From IMG/VR virus record IMGVR_UViG_3300044691_000260, positions 1 through 61,114 of that record: a DNA stretch of 61,114 nucleotides; one strand, 5' to 3'. The notes below the pieces were generated by a model. The model was not told the origin of the DNA. It searched no databases and saw only the letters and a list, made by a program, of their open reading frames with translations. This document shows positions 49,445-59,884 of this stretch, piece after piece (position 1 is the stretch's first letter; every line of letters starts with the position of its first letter). A program made the position numbers and the translations under genes. This DNA comes from a virus. Lineage: Duplodnaviria; Caudoviricetes.

Positions 49445-50145
49445 TGGACACCAAGAAGTGCTACCGCTGCAAGGTCGTCCACCCGGTCGCCGCGTTCAAC
49501 AAGAACCGGCGCACCAAGGACGGGCTGCAGGCGTACTGCCGCGAATGCAGCAAGGTGTTCGCGGAGCAGTCGCAGGCTGCCCACGCCGAAGCGATCCGGT
49601 TGCGGTTTGACGAGAAGCTAGCTCGGGTGCCGCAGGAAGGCGCCACCAAGGAGTGCCGCGTCTGTGGCGTTACGAAGCCACTGCTGGGGTTCTACGCGCA
49701 CCGCTCCACTAAGGACGGACGGGCGAACCACTGCTCCGACTGTGCGAAGAAGAACCAGCGGGAGTGGAACGAGCGGAACAAGGACAAGATCCGGGCCAAC
49801 AACGAGAAGCGGCAGGCCGATCCGGTTAGGCGTCAGCGAGGGCTGCGTCAGATGCGCGCGAACTGGCTTAAGAACTACGGACTGACTCCAGAGTCGTACG
49901 AGGGTCTCCTGCAGTCACAGGGTGGCGTCTGCGCTATCTGTGGGTTGCCAGGCCAGACCTGGGCGGAGCGCAACCTTCACGTCGACCATGACCACGCGAG
50001 CCTGGAGATTCGTGGGCTCCTCTGTGGCCGGTGCAACGTAGGACTCGGGTTCTTCTCCGACAACGTTGAGATGCTGAAGAAGGCGATCTCCTACCTCAAC
50101 GAACCGCCCATGCGGGACTTCGAAGGAAGACGTGAGGTGTCGTAG
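49444..50145 (+). CDS. Endonuclease VII-family nuclease with two Zn-ribbon repeats
   Basis: YGLT..Y..L..QGGVCAIC...VDHDH...RGLLC..CN..LG. Confidence 0.88.
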   Translation: MDTKKCYRCKVVHPVAAFNKNRRTKDGLQAYCRECSKVFAEQSQAAHAEAIRLRFDEKLARVPQEGATKECRVCGVTKPLLGFYAHRSTKDGRANHCSDCAKKNQREWNERNKDKIRANNEKRQADPVRRQRGLRQMRANWLKNYGLTPESYEGLLQSQGGVCAICGLPGQTWAERNLHVDHDHASLEIRGLLCGRCNVGLGFFSDNVEMLKKAISYLNEPPMRDFEGRREVS

Positions 50146-53100
50146 TGACGAACGACCTCTCGTTCCAAATAATCGCGCTCGACCGGGCAAGTGCGACATT
50201 CGTTCAGGTTGCCGACCAGCTCGATCGACTGGCCGGTCGGCTGGACAAGCTTGACGGTAAGAACGTTAACGTCAACGTGGACGTCAAGACTGACGACTCC
50301 ACTGCGGGCCTGAACGTCCTCGACACGCGGTTCCAGCAGATGGCCGCAGGGATCATCGCGGCGTCTCCGCTTGCGGGTGTCGCGATCCTCGGCGGTATCG
50401 GCGCCGGGTTCATCGGTGCTGCGGTGTTGGCTCAGAAGTCCAATGCGGACATTCAGACCACGTACAAGGGTTTGTGGGACAACGTCGTCGATACGACGAA
50501 GTCCGCAACCAACTCGCTGGTGCCTGCGATCGTGAACGCGGGCAAGTCGGTGAACGCGGAGTTCATCACTCTCGCCCCGACGATCAGCGCGGCGTTCTCA
50601 TCGGCCGGCCCGGACATCGCCGCTACGGCCCGTGCCGTGGACAACTTCGCGCACAACTCTGTCCCCGGTGTGTCGCAGGCGATGCAGCAGAGCCTCCCCG
50701 TTTTCCAGGGCATCGCCACAGCCTCGGGGACTGTGGGTCAGGCTGTCGGGGACATGGCGGCGAGTGTCGGCCAGCACGCGCAGGAATACGGCACCGTCAT
50801 GACGTCGGTGGGCAGCATCACATCCTCGGCGCTCGGTGGTGCCACCGTCATCGTCAACGACTTGGGTGCGGCGTGGGCGCAGAACGCACCGACGATCAAC
50901 ACGGCAGTCGACGGCGTCACCACGGGCATCGGCGGGCTCGCTAACGGAGTGCTGCCCGTCCTCTCCTTCGCGCTGGGCACAGCGGCGGGGGCGATCAAGG
51001 ACATCACTGGGATCCTCGGGCCACTCGCCCCCGTGATCGGTGCAACTGCCGCCGCGGCAGGTCTCTTGTGGGTTGGGTTCAAGATCTCGAGCGCGGTTAC
51101 GTCTGGCATCAAGTCGGTGGGGACCTCTGTCGCCGACATGGGCGCTGCGCTGGAGAAGAACGCGGAGAAGAGTGCCGCCTACATCGCAGGCATGGAAGGT
51201 GTCGCGGTGGAGTCGTCCGTCGCAGCGTCCTCGGTGAAAGCGGCAGGTATCGCAGCTAGCACTTCGGCGACAGGGTTCGGGTTGGCCGCGACGGCGGCGG
51301 CTGGTTGGCTCGGGCCGGCGTTGATTATTGGGACCACCTTGCTGGGTTTGTTCTCCGGTTCGGAGGACAAGGCGTCTGCGTCCGCTGCGGACCTCAGCGG
51401 CGGGCTGGGCTCTGTCACGTCCGCGCTGCAGAACAGCAACGGCGCGATCGACGCGGCGGTCGTCAGGGCGCTTCAGGCGGACCCAGCTTTCAAGACGGCG
51501 GCGGACGCGACCAAGCAGTTCGGTCTGTCTCAGACTGATCTCATCAATGAGGTGACTCAGGGCGGACCAGCGCTTGACCAGTTGAAGACCCGGCTGCAGG
51601 GCATCATCGATGCCAGCCATGTGAAGGTCGCTACGGGGCGCTCCGGACTTGTTGATACCGGTGAACTCACCGACGCAGGGAAGGCAGCACAGACTGCCCT
51701 GGGGGCCCTGAACAACCTCAGCACTGGCTACGCCGCTTCGCAGCAGGCTGCCGCTACCGCGGCTACCGCGTTGAAAGACCACGCTGATGCTCTGGTGAGT
51801 TCTAGTGAAGGGCAGGCTGCGGCGGCTCGGGTGGCGAAGGCCCTGGGTCTCAGCCTGGGCGATGTGCGGAACGGGTTCCAGGCTGTCGCTGCGTCGAGCA
51901 CCGAAGCCAACGGGTCCATTGCTGAGATCACCGCGAGTTTCGTGAAGAACGCGACTGCGAGCGGGCAGGCTGCGGTGGCCATTGCGGATCACTTTAAGTC
52001 AGCTGACGCTGCTGTTGTCACCGCGCACCAAGGGGTCACGGACGCCACTCAGAACTACCAGAAGTCTCTTGTGTCCATCGGGGACGCTCAGCACTCCTAC
52101 GCGCAAGCGGCGCAGGGTATTGCGGACGCTCAGTACGCGGTGGGTACGGCGGAGCGCGGTGTTCAGGACGCGATGGCTGGTGTAGTGACAGCACGGGCGG
52201 CGTACGCAACTGCTCAGAAGACTGAGCTCACGAACGAGCTCGCGCTGAACAAGGCCCGTGAGCAAGCCGTGGAAGACCTCAAGTCGCTTCACCTGCAGCT
52301 CGCGGATCAGGGTACGTCGGAGGAGTCCGCGAACGTCCGGCTGTTCGACTCCACCCAGTCCGCTGCCGGGCTTGGGGTCACCCCGGGCAACGCCGCGGGC
52401 ATCGCCGGCACGAAGGTCACCGCGGCGAACGAGGCGCAGGTGAAGGCCGCGATCGATCTGGTGTCGGCGCAGAACGCTGTCAACGACACCATGAATACTG
52501 GCGCGAATCTGCGTGTGCAGGTCGCGGCGGCGGACAAGGCCGGTGTCAACGGAGCCGCGGGTGTGGTGTCGGCGCAGACGGCGTTGGTGTCGTCGCAGCA
52601 GGCCGTGAACACGGCGTACCTGGCGATCGGCAAAGCACAGCAAGGTGTTGTGGACGCTGACAGGGCCCTCGCCAAGGCGCACCAGGGTGTAACTGACGCG
52701 GCGTACGCCGAGCAGAAAGCGCACCTCGCGGTTGTCGACGCGCAGAACGCGTCATCGAAGTCAGCGGCAGCGCTGCAGAAGGCGAAGATCGACCTGACTG
52801 CCGCAATCGCCGCAGACAGCCGAACGTTCGACATCAACACGAAGGCAGGCCAGGAAAACCTGACCCTGCTGCAGACGTTGTGGACCGCTATTCAGACAGA
52901 GGGCGGCCCGAAGCAGGACCAGTACAACAAACTGGTCGACGCCACCACCACCGCGTTCGGTGGAAGCCGACAAGCAGCGATCGACTACCTGAAGTCGATC
53001 AACGATATCCCGCAGGACTTCAAGTACTCCGTGACCGCGGTCGCACAGATGGACATGACACCGATCCAGAAATGGTCTGACGGCTACTTCAAGGGCGGTT

Positions 53101-54083
53101 TCAGGTCGCTCGGTGGCCCGGTTGGCATGGCGGACGGTGGCCCGGTCAAGGGCGGCAGTGGCCCGCGAGCTGACGACGTTCCCCTCTGGGCGTCCGGCGG
53201 CGAGTACATGCAGCCGGCGCACGTGGTGGATCACTACGGCGTCGGGTTCATGAATGCCGTCAGGGACAGGAAGATCCCGAAGTACGCAGACGGTGGGCAG
53301 ATCATCGCTGGGAACTTCCTCGGCGCGGTCGCAGGAGCCCAGTACGAATCGGTCATCAACACCGCTGGCGTGATGGGGTTTCCGCATCCTCCACCGCTTC
53401 CGGTGTATGTGGCCCCGGCACCTAGTTCGGTCGGGGGTTTCACCGGTGGAGGCGGCCCGAACGGTGTGATCCCAACGGGCCAGCACCTTGCCTTGATCGA
53501 TGCGGCGTTGGCGGCGGACGGGATCGCGAAGGCTGACTGGGCTCGGTGGGAAGCTGGGATGAACGTCCTCATCGAGCGGGAGTCGTCCTGGAACGCGAAC
53601 ATCGTGAACACGTGGGACAGCAACGCGAAGGCGGGTCACCCGTCCGGTGGTCTGACTCAGACGATCATCGGAACGTTCGAGTCCAACCGGAACCATTCCT
53701 TGCCGGACAACATGTTCGACCCGGTGGCGAACATCGCCGCGTCGATCAACTACATCCGGCATACCTACGGGGATATCTCTCGGGTGCAGCAAGCGAACCC
53801 GAATCTCCCCAAAAAGGGTTACGACAATGGTGGCGCTCTGGAACCAGGGTGGTCCTCTGTCTACAACGGAACGGGGAAGCCTGAGAACGTCCGCACCGCT
53901 GGTGCTGAGGACGCTCTCATGACTGCGGTGAAGGAGCTGACGGCAGCTGTGGCTAACCAGCAGGGCGGCGGCATGATGACGGCGAAGCTGTTCGCGCATG
54001 ACGGGACGTTCATGGGCATGGTGTCCGGTCAGGTGAAGCAGACCGTCACCGGTATCACCCGCCAGTTCGGTCCGCTGACGTGA
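50145..54083 (+). CDS. Tape measure protein with C-terminal lytic transglycosylase
   Basis: 1312 aa, Ala-rich helical; IERESSWN, GLTQ and DPVANIAASINYI. Confidence 0.92.
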   Translation: MTNDLSFQIIALDRASATFVQVADQLDRLAGRLDKLDGKNVNVNVDVKTDDSTAGLNVLDTRFQQMAAGIIAASPLAGVAILGGIGAGFIGAAVLAQKSNADIQTTYKGLWDNVVDTTKSATNSLVPAIVNAGKSVNAEFITLAPTISAAFSSAGPDIAATARAVDNFAHNSVPGVSQAMQQSLPVFQGIATASGTVGQAVGDMAASVGQHAQEYGTVMTSVGSITSSALGGATVIVNDLGAAWAQNAPTINTAVDGVTTGIGGLANGVLPVLSFALGTAAGAIKDITGILGPLAPVIGATAAAAGLLWVGFKISSAVTSGIKSVGTSVADMGAALEKNAEKSAAYIAGMEGVAVESSVAASSVKAAGIAASTSATGFGLAATAAAGWLGPALIIGTTLLGLFSGSEDKASASAADLSGGLGSVTSALQNSNGAIDAAVVRALQADPAFKTAADATKQFGLSQTDLINEVTQGGPALDQLKTRLQGIIDASHVKVATGRSGLVDTGELTDAGKAAQTALGALNNLSTGYAASQQAAATAATALKDHADALVSSSEGQAAAARVAKALGLSLGDVRNGFQAVAASSTEANGSIAEITASFVKNATASGQAAVAIADHFKSADAAVVTAHQGVTDATQNYQKSLVSIGDAQHSYAQAAQGIADAQYAVGTAERGVQDAMAGVVTARAAYATAQKTELTNELALNKAREQAVEDLKSLHLQLADQGTSEESANVRLFDSTQSAAGLGVTPGNAAGIAGTKVTAANEAQVKAAIDLVSAQNAVNDTMNTGANLRVQVAAADKAGVNGAAGVVSAQTALVSSQQAVNTAYLAIGKAQQGVVDADRALAKAHQGVTDAAYAEQKAHLAVVDAQNASSKSAAALQKAKIDLTAAIAADSRTFDINTKAGQENLTLLQTLWTAIQTEGGPKQDQYNKLVDATTTAFGGSRQAAIDYLKSINDIPQDFKYSVTAVAQMDMTPIQKWSDGYFKGGFRSLGGPVGMADGGPVKGGSGPRADDVPLWASGGEYMQPAHVVDHYGVGFMNAVRDRKIPKYADGGQIIAGNFLGAVAGAQYESVINTAGVMGFPHPPPLPVYVAPAPSSVGGFTGGGGPNGVIPTGQHLALIDAALAADGIAKADWARWEAGMNVLIERESSWNANIVNTWDSNAKAGHPSGGLTQTIIGTFESNRNHSLPDNMFDPVANIAASINYIRHTYGDISRVQQANPNLPKKGYDNGGALEPGWSSVYNGTGKPENVRTAGAEDALMTAVKELTAAVANQQGGGMMTAKLFAHDGTFMGMVSGQVKQTVTGITRQFGPLT

Positions 54084-54934
54084 CCGCGGAAATCACCCAG
54101 TTCGTGGATCCGTTCGGGGTTGTCACGACCCTGGACGTGGACTGGCAAGCTAAGGGCCGGTTTATGCCGGAGGTGTTGCACGAGGAGGACGGGGTACCCG
54201 GGCAGCCGGGTGCCCGTCACCGCGCGTCCCGCCACAAGGAGCACGACTTCACGATCCGTATCACCATCTCCGCGGCCGACGAACCCGGGCTCCGCACTGC
54301 TCAGCGGGCGATGGTTTCGTCGATGGACCCCACCCGCGGGGAAGGGACCATCCGGGTCACCTCTCCCCTCGCGGATGTGCGGGAGATCCCGGTGTACTAC
54401 GTCGACGGCTTGCAGATGGATGAGTCACCGGGCGCGTCCGGGCCGACGATGCAGCAGTGCGACGTCACGTTCCGGGCTTACGACCCGTACTGGCGGGACC
54501 CTTCGGACGTGTCAGGGACGTTCACGATCGGCGCGGCCCCGACGTTTTTCCCCATCTTCCCCATCCGGCTGGCGGCAAGTCAGATCGCCGCCTCACAACC
54601 GGTGCTGAACGGTGGGGACGTCGACACGTGGCCGGTGATCACCCTCGTGGGTCCGGGCGGGGCGATCACGCTACGGAACCTCACCACAGGGAAGTCCACG
54701 GTGTTCTCCACTGTGGCTTTGGGAGCGGGGGAGTCCATCGTGATCGACACACGCCCCGGGGTGAAGACCGTCACCAAGAACGACGGGTCGAACTTGTTCT
54801 CTGACTTGGACCCGACGACAGCTCTGTGGTCACTGCAGCCTGGGTCCAACTCGGTCCAGTTGGAGATGTCGGGTGCTTCGGTGGGGGCGTCCTCGTTGGT
54901 GTTCGCGTACCGGCAGAAGTACCTGAGCCCATGA
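54080..54934 (+). CDS. Distal tail protein
   Basis: FRAYDPYW, NGGDVDTWPVI and LWSLQPGSN. Confidence 0.85.
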   Translation: MTAEITQFVDPFGVVTTLDVDWQAKGRFMPEVLHEEDGVPGQPGARHRASRHKEHDFTIRITISAADEPGLRTAQRAMVSSMDPTRGEGTIRVTSPLADVREIPVYYVDGLQMDESPGASGPTMQQCDVTFRAYDPYWRDPSDVSGTFTIGAAPTFFPIFPIRLAASQIAASQPVLNGGDVDTWPVITLVGPGGAITLRNLTTGKSTVFSTVALGAGESIVIDTRPGVKTVTKNDGSNLFSDLDPTTALWSLQPGSNSVQLEMSGASVGASSLVFAYRQKYLSP

Positions 54935-56097
54935 GCATGTTCGAGTGGACGATCTACGTCCAGGACGACATGGGGCGCCGGCAAGGGGAAGTGGACGACT
55001 ACATCTCCGCGGTCCTCACCCCCATCTACTGCGACGTGGGTTCGTGGACTCTGGTGGTGGACCGCCGTTCGAAGGCCGCAGCTGATTTGACGATCCCGAA
55101 GTGGGGGATCACGGTCTACCGCAACGGGGTGTACCAGTTCTCCGGGCCCACCGATGGCGCGGACCACAAAGTGGACCAGTCCGCCGAACAGGTCACCATC
55201 ACCGGGTTCACGGAGAACACGTACTTCACGCACCGGATCGCGTCACCATCGCCGGCGGAAACTGTCCCGCCGTACACGATGCAGATCTCCGACGTCCGCA
55301 CCGGGCCGTGCTCCACGGTCCTCACCGGGTACGTTGCGGCGAACCTTGGCCCGAACGCGATCCCGACTCGGCAACACCCGGGGCTGGTGATGGCACCGGA
55401 TCCTGTTGTGGGGGCCACGGTCCGTGGGGAAGCCCGGTGGGACGCGAACCTGCTGGCGCTGATGCAGCCGCTCGCGGTGACGGGTGGTATCGGTTTCCAG
55501 TTGGTGCGGGTTAACGGTGTGCTGACGTTTCAGACGTTCCTACCTACAGACCGGACCACGTCGGTCGCGTTCTCCATCGACCTCGGGAACCTCGCTGGCT
55601 TCGAATACTCGAGCATCGCACCAACAGCGAACTACATCTACGTTGGCGCGTCCGGCACCGGGACAGCGCGGATCATCCAAGAGTTCCAGGACTCCGCGTC
55701 CATCGCGAAATGGGGGCGCCGCGAAGGACCATTGGCCAGCCAGTCGGACACCTCCAGCACCACCGTGATCGCACAGGCAGGGAAGGACGCCCTCACTCAG
55801 GGGCAAGAGCAGGCGATGGTGTCCGCGACGATCCTCGAGAAACCGACCCTCATGTACGGCACCCACTACGCCCTCGGCGACAAGGTCACCGTGCAACTCG
55901 AGGGACCCGCGGCGACACCGTACGCAGTGGACGGCCGGATCACGGACATCCTCCGATCCGTCGAGATCAGCCTGTCCGTGGACGGGCCGCAGACCATCAC
56001 TCCGATCATCGGGAACGCCGACCGCAACGAAGTTTTCCGCCTGTTCCGTGCTTTCCGGCAGCTCGCGCGGCGGACCAACAAGCTTGAGAGGCAGTGA
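54931..56097 (+). CDS. Minor tail / baseplate hub (ReqiPepy6 Gp37-like)
   Basis: GSWTL, FSGP, WGRRE and YGTHYALGDKV. Confidence 0.8.
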   Translation: MSMFEWTIYVQDDMGRRQGEVDDYISAVLTPIYCDVGSWTLVVDRRSKAAADLTIPKWGITVYRNGVYQFSGPTDGADHKVDQSAEQVTITGFTENTYFTHRIASPSPAETVPPYTMQISDVRTGPCSTVLTGYVAANLGPNAIPTRQHPGLVMAPDPVVGATVRGEARWDANLLALMQPLAVTGGIGFQLVRVNGVLTFQTFLPTDRTTSVAFSIDLGNLAGFEYSSIAPTANYIYVGASGTGTARIIQEFQDSASIAKWGRREGPLASQSDTSSTTVIAQAGKDALTQGQEQAMVSATILEKPTLMYGTHYALGDKVTVQLEGPAATPYAVDGRITDILRSVEISLSVDGPQTITPIIGNADRNEVFRLFRAFRQLARRTNKLERQ

Positions 56098-57116
56098 TGG
56101 CGACAGCGTTCGATTCATTCGCCCCGTTCGACACGGGCCCCGGTTCCGTTGTCTCCGAAGACGGCTGGCGCGCCATGATGCAGCGGGGCAGCATCTCCGG
56201 TGTCATCCGCGGTATCGGAAACGAGCTCTTGCCGTTCGGTGACTCGTCGGGCCGGCAGGTGAAGGTCCCGACTGGTGAGGCTTGGATTCAGGCGTATTGG
56301 GGTGGTGTCACTTCTGGTACGAAGACTCTCCCGATCGCGGCGAACGCGTCTGGTTCGACGAGGTATGACCTCGTTGTGGCGCGCGCGGAGTGGACCACCA
56401 ACAACGATGTCGAGTTGGATGTGATCACCGGGACCGGTTCGGTGGTTCCTGATGTCACCCGTAACACGACTCGGTGGGAGATCCCGCTAGCCGTGGTGAC
56501 GGTCATCAACGGCGCCTCCACGATCACCGCGGCGCAGGTGCAGGACGCACGCCAGTGGGGCGGACCCCCGGTCACCACGGTCACGGATGATTTCCTGTAC
56601 TACGGGGACAAGCTGTCGACGTGCCAGCGGATCAACTGCAACGGCGACGCAGCTGTCGTCGCGTCCACAGGGTATTTCTCGCAGATGCGGTCCCTGGGTG
56701 AGCAGACCGTCAGCCAGATCCGCATGTACTGCGGGGTGCAACTCACCGGTGGTGCGGTGTCGGTGCGGATCTTCCACGGGTACCGGCCCGACCAGCTGAC
56801 GTCCATCATCGACCCGGTCGGGTTGAGTTTCGCCTCGCCGTCGACGATCACCACCGGAACTTTCACCCCAGTCACGTTCCGCGCCGGCCAGTACGTTGTG
56901 GTGGTCATTCTCGGGAACGCTTCCGCTGCGGGTATTTCTCTCGCCGGCACGGTGTCGGCTACCTCGGGTGGTGTGACGAACCTGCTGAACCCGTCTGCCA
57001 CCGTGACCATGACGTGTGGGTTCAAGGGAAGCATGTCGTCTATGCCGACGACCCTGAACATCATCGACGGGTCGTGGGGGAAGCGCGACCGGTTCTTCTG
57101 GGCAAGTCTCCTGTAG
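56097..57116 (+). CDS. Minor tail protein
   Basis: VKVPTGEAWIQ, RYDLVV and WEIPLAVV..DAR. Confidence 0.75.
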   Translation: MATAFDSFAPFDTGPGSVVSEDGWRAMMQRGSISGVIRGIGNELLPFGDSSGRQVKVPTGEAWIQAYWGGVTSGTKTLPIAANASGSTRYDLVVARAEWTTNNDVELDVITGTGSVVPDVTRNTTRWEIPLAVVTVINGASTITAAQVQDARQWGGPPVTTVTDDFLYYGDKLSTCQRINCNGDAAVVASTGYFSQMRSLGEQTVSQIRMYCGVQLTGGAVSVRIFHGYRPDQLTSIIDPVGLSFASPSTITTGTFTPVTFRAGQYVVVVILGNASAAGISLAGTVSATSGGVTNLLNPSATVTMTCGFKGSMSSMPTTLNIIDGSWGKRDRFFWASLL

Positions 57117-57142
57117 TTCCAGGACAAACAGGAGGTGGCAAC

Positions 57143-57550
57143 GTGACCATTCGGGCTACGTACTTCCAGCGTTTCGTGTCGTTCCTCGTGTACGCGTTCC
57201 TGGCCGGCGCTGGCGCCGGGGCTGTGCTGGCACCACCCGCGGCGATGCAGGCCACGTCCGCGCACGTCGTGATCACGGTGTGGGCGGCTCTCATGTTCGG
57301 AGGTGGTTCCGCCGGGATGTACTCCGTGGTCTCGGGGAACATCCTCCCCGAACTCGTGGGGCTCCCGGCGTTGATCGGTGGTGTGTTGGTGTTCGTGATT
57401 GTCCTCGGTATCCGAGTCAGCTCCGGGGCACTTCCCAGCGTCAGCGGGTCCGTGATACTCGCTTTGCTGTTGGTCGGGTTCGCTGGGCTGCTCCTTCTTC
57501 GCGCTATCGAGCTTCGCGCCCTCATTCGTGCCGTAGAAAGAGGGAAGTGA
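57143..57550 (+). CDS. Four-TM membrane protein (holin-like)
   Basis: Four hydrophobic helices, strong SD. Confidence 0.65.
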   Translation: MTIRATYFQRFVSFLVYAFLAGAGAGAVLAPPAAMQATSAHVVITVWAALMFGGGSAGMYSVVSGNILPELVGLPALIGGVLVFVIVLGIRVSSGALPSVSGSVILALLLVGFAGLLLLRAIELRALIRAVERGK

Positions 57551-57849
57551 TGGAACTCAGCTCACTCCTCACAGGTGGTGGTGTCGCCGCCGCTGTGGCG
57601 GTGGTGATCCTGGGCCTCATCAAAGCGGTCGACACGTACCGCAAAACGGGGAGCACCAAAGAGAACGACCTCGTGACGCAGCTCCACGAGCTCAACGCAG
57701 CAGAGTCCACGCGCAACACCGTGCTCACTGACAAGCTGGATGCTCTCCGTGGGCGCTTTGACGACGCTGTGGAGCAAAACGCGAAACTGCGGGTTCTTCT
57801 TATCCAACATTCTATCGAGATCCCCATTGGGCTGGCTGATGCTCCATGA
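57550..57849 (+). CDS. Single-TM coiled-coil protein (lysis cassette)
   Basis: N-terminal TM, then heptad pattern. Confidence 0.65.
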   Translation: MELSSLLTGGGVAAAVAVVILGLIKAVDTYRKTGSTKENDLVTQLHELNAAESTRNTVLTDKLDALRGRFDDAVEQNAKLRVLLIQHSIEIPIGLADAP

Positions 57850-58637
57850 CCCCGAAAGAGAACCTCACCCCGGAGTTCCGCGAGAAAAGTGAAGAGCTAG
57901 ACCAAGCCCGGTCCGAGTCCACAAGGGCACGCTGGTTGACGATCGCGCTGGTCGTGTTCGCGGCTCTCACCATCACCGCGTTCACCGCGGTCGGGCTGCT
58001 GACATCCGCAGACCGCGCCGCGACTGCCACCAACGCCGGCGACATCGTAGCGATCCGGCAAGACCTGAAGTCCGTGTGCAGGCAGGCTGACCCCGCGTCG
58101 CTGCCCACGTCGGAGCAGGACAAGTGCTACCGCGCTGAAGCCAACTTGCCGCCGCAGTCCCCGCCGACCGTAGTCACGGTCCCGGGGAAAGACGGTGTCA
58201 CACCGTCCGATGTGTACCTGCTCGCGCTGATCCGGTCCGTGATCGCGGAGAACCCGCCGAAGGATGGCCACACGCCGACGGCGGAGGAACTCCTCGCGCT
58301 GATCAAGCCACTCATCCCCGCCCCAGTCCCCGGCGCTGATGGAGTGACCCCGTCGGATGACCGTCTCCTCGCCCTGATTCGCCCGCTGATTCCTGCCCCG
58401 GTTCCTGGCACGGATGGTGTCGACGGCACCAATGGAACGAACGGCACGGACGGGAAACAAGGCCCGCAGGGGTGGGGTGTCACGGATCAACGGTTCGTCC
58501 TCGACGACTCCGGGGCCTGCGTGGACCGGACGACGTACACCAACCCCGCCGACGGCACCACAAGAGTGCAGGACACCCCTGCCGGTCCAGCGTCGTGCCC
58601 CATCCCTGACCCGACTACCCCGACACCACCGAATTGA
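57846..58637 (+). CDS. Membrane-anchored repeat/collagen-like protein
   Basis: TM; three DG.TP...LLALI repeats; Gly-X-Y run; Cys pairs. Confidence 0.7.
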   Translation: MTPKENLTPEFREKSEELDQARSESTRARWLTIALVVFAALTITAFTAVGLLTSADRAATATNAGDIVAIRQDLKSVCRQADPASLPTSEQDKCYRAEANLPPQSPPTVVTVPGKDGVTPSDVYLLALIRSVIAENPPKDGHTPTAEELLALIKPLIPAPVPGADGVTPSDDRLLALIRPLIPAPVPGTDGVDGTNGTNGTDGKQGPQGWGVTDQRFVLDDSGACVDRTTYTNPADGTTRVQDTPAGPASCPIPDPTTPTPPN

Positions 58638-58647
58638 GGACCCAAGC

Positions 58648-59661
58648 ATGACGACTCCGACGACTCGTAAGCTCGGCCGGCTCCCGAACCAGGGACGCGA
58701 CAGGGTCACCCTCACAGCCGAGCACATGGGCGCCACCTACACCCCGCCGGCGTCCCTGGACTACTTCTCGCACGTCATGCCCAGCACGTGGGGCATGGAC
58801 GGCAACGACTCCGTCGGCGACTGCACCTGCGCCGACGTTGATCATGAGGTGAAGCTGCTGCAGGTCGCCGCGGGGAACCGCGAGGTCGTGTCGACGACGA
58901 AGGAGATCCTGGCCGCGTACTCCGCGATCACCGGATACACCCCGGCCGACCCGAACACCGACCAGGGCGCGGAGATGCAGGCCGTCCGCGAGTACTGGCA
59001 GAAAACCGGGTTCCGGCTCGGCGGCCAGACGCACCAGATCGCGCTGTTCGCGGATCTCGATGTCCGCAACCTGAACCTGGTGAAGTACGCGTTGCAGCAG
59101 TTCGGCGCGGTCGGGCTCGGCGTGAACTTCCCGTCCAGCGCGATGGACCAGTTCGACGCCGGCGAGCCGTGGACGGTTGTCAAGGGTTCGCAGATCGAAG
59201 GCGGGCACGCGATCGCCCTCGTCGGGTACGACTCGACGTGGCTGTACATCCTCACGTGGGGGAAGGTGCAGAAGGTTGACCCGGCGTGGTTCGCCGCGTA
59301 CGTCGAGGAAGCATGGGTCGCACTGAGCCAGGACTTCGTCAACGTCTCCACGGGGCACGACCCGCTCGGCGGGGTGCTGTACGACCTCGGCCAGCAGTTC
59401 CAGGAGGTCACCAAGAAGGTGAACCCGTTTCCTGCACCCGGGCCCGCTCCCGTCCCACCCGCTCCGGGACCTGTGCCTGTCCCTACGCCTGCACCTGTAC
59501 CGGTCCCAACTCCAGCTCCGAGCCCTGCTCCGGGCCCTGTGGACGGCGCTGATGCGGCTCTGGTCGCGGCGCTGAAGCCGTGGGCCGCGAAGCACCACGT
59601 GACCGACAACGCCGCCGCGGCGAAGGCGTTCCTGGCGTGGGAGAAAGCGAAGGGCCTGTGA
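58648..59661 (+). CDS. Papain-like (C1) cysteine protease with Pro-rich linker
   Basis: MDGNDSVGDCTCA (catalytic Cys), GGHAIALVGYD (His) and ILTWG. Confidence 0.75.
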   Translation: MTTPTTRKLGRLPNQGRDRVTLTAEHMGATYTPPASLDYFSHVMPSTWGMDGNDSVGDCTCADVDHEVKLLQVAAGNREVVSTTKEILAAYSAITGYTPADPNTDQGAEMQAVREYWQKTGFRLGGQTHQIALFADLDVRNLNLVKYALQQFGAVGLGVNFPSSAMDQFDAGEPWTVVKGSQIEGGHAIALVGYDSTWLYILTWGKVQKVDPAWFAAYVEEAWVALSQDFVNVSTGHDPLGGVLYDLGQQFQEVTKKVNPFPAPGPAPVPPAPGPVPVPTPAPVPVPTPAPSPAPGPVDGADAALVAALKPWAAKHHVTDNAAAAKAFLAWEKAKGL

Positions 59662-59882
59662 CCGCGCAGCTGCCCTCAGTCGGCCGGGTCGTGCACTACG
59701 CCGACCAGGCCGGCGAGTGCACTGCGGCCACGATCACCGGTGTCCGTATGGAGACCATCGCGCCGACACAGGAGATCGACCTAGTGGCGTTCTCGGACGT
59801 CGCGGTGACGTTCCACCAGCACGTCTTCCCCGACCACACCGATCGCACCCCAGGCACCTGGCATTGGCCAGAGAGGAGCTAG
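59658..59882 (+). CDS. Conserved small phage protein
   Basis: PSVGRVVHY...GTWHWPER. Confidence 0.75.
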   Translation: MTAQLPSVGRVVHYADQAGECTAATITGVRMETIAPTQEIDLVAFSDVAVTFHQHVFPDHTDRTPGTWHWPERS

Positions 59883-59884
59883 CC

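Noticed and set aside
49444-50145. Group I intron around the EndoVII gene
   Set aside because: There are no flanking non-coding bases for an intron core; the ORF abuts both neighbours
59430-59540. Tandem repeat array
   Set aside because: Encodes the Pro-Ala-Pro-Val linker; synonymous variation shows it is a protein-level repeat
35969-59609. Long minus-strand ORFs opposite structural genes (e.g. 39708-41351, 50598-51992)
   Set aside because: Shadow ORFs expected from high GC3 codon bias; no motifs or SD sequences
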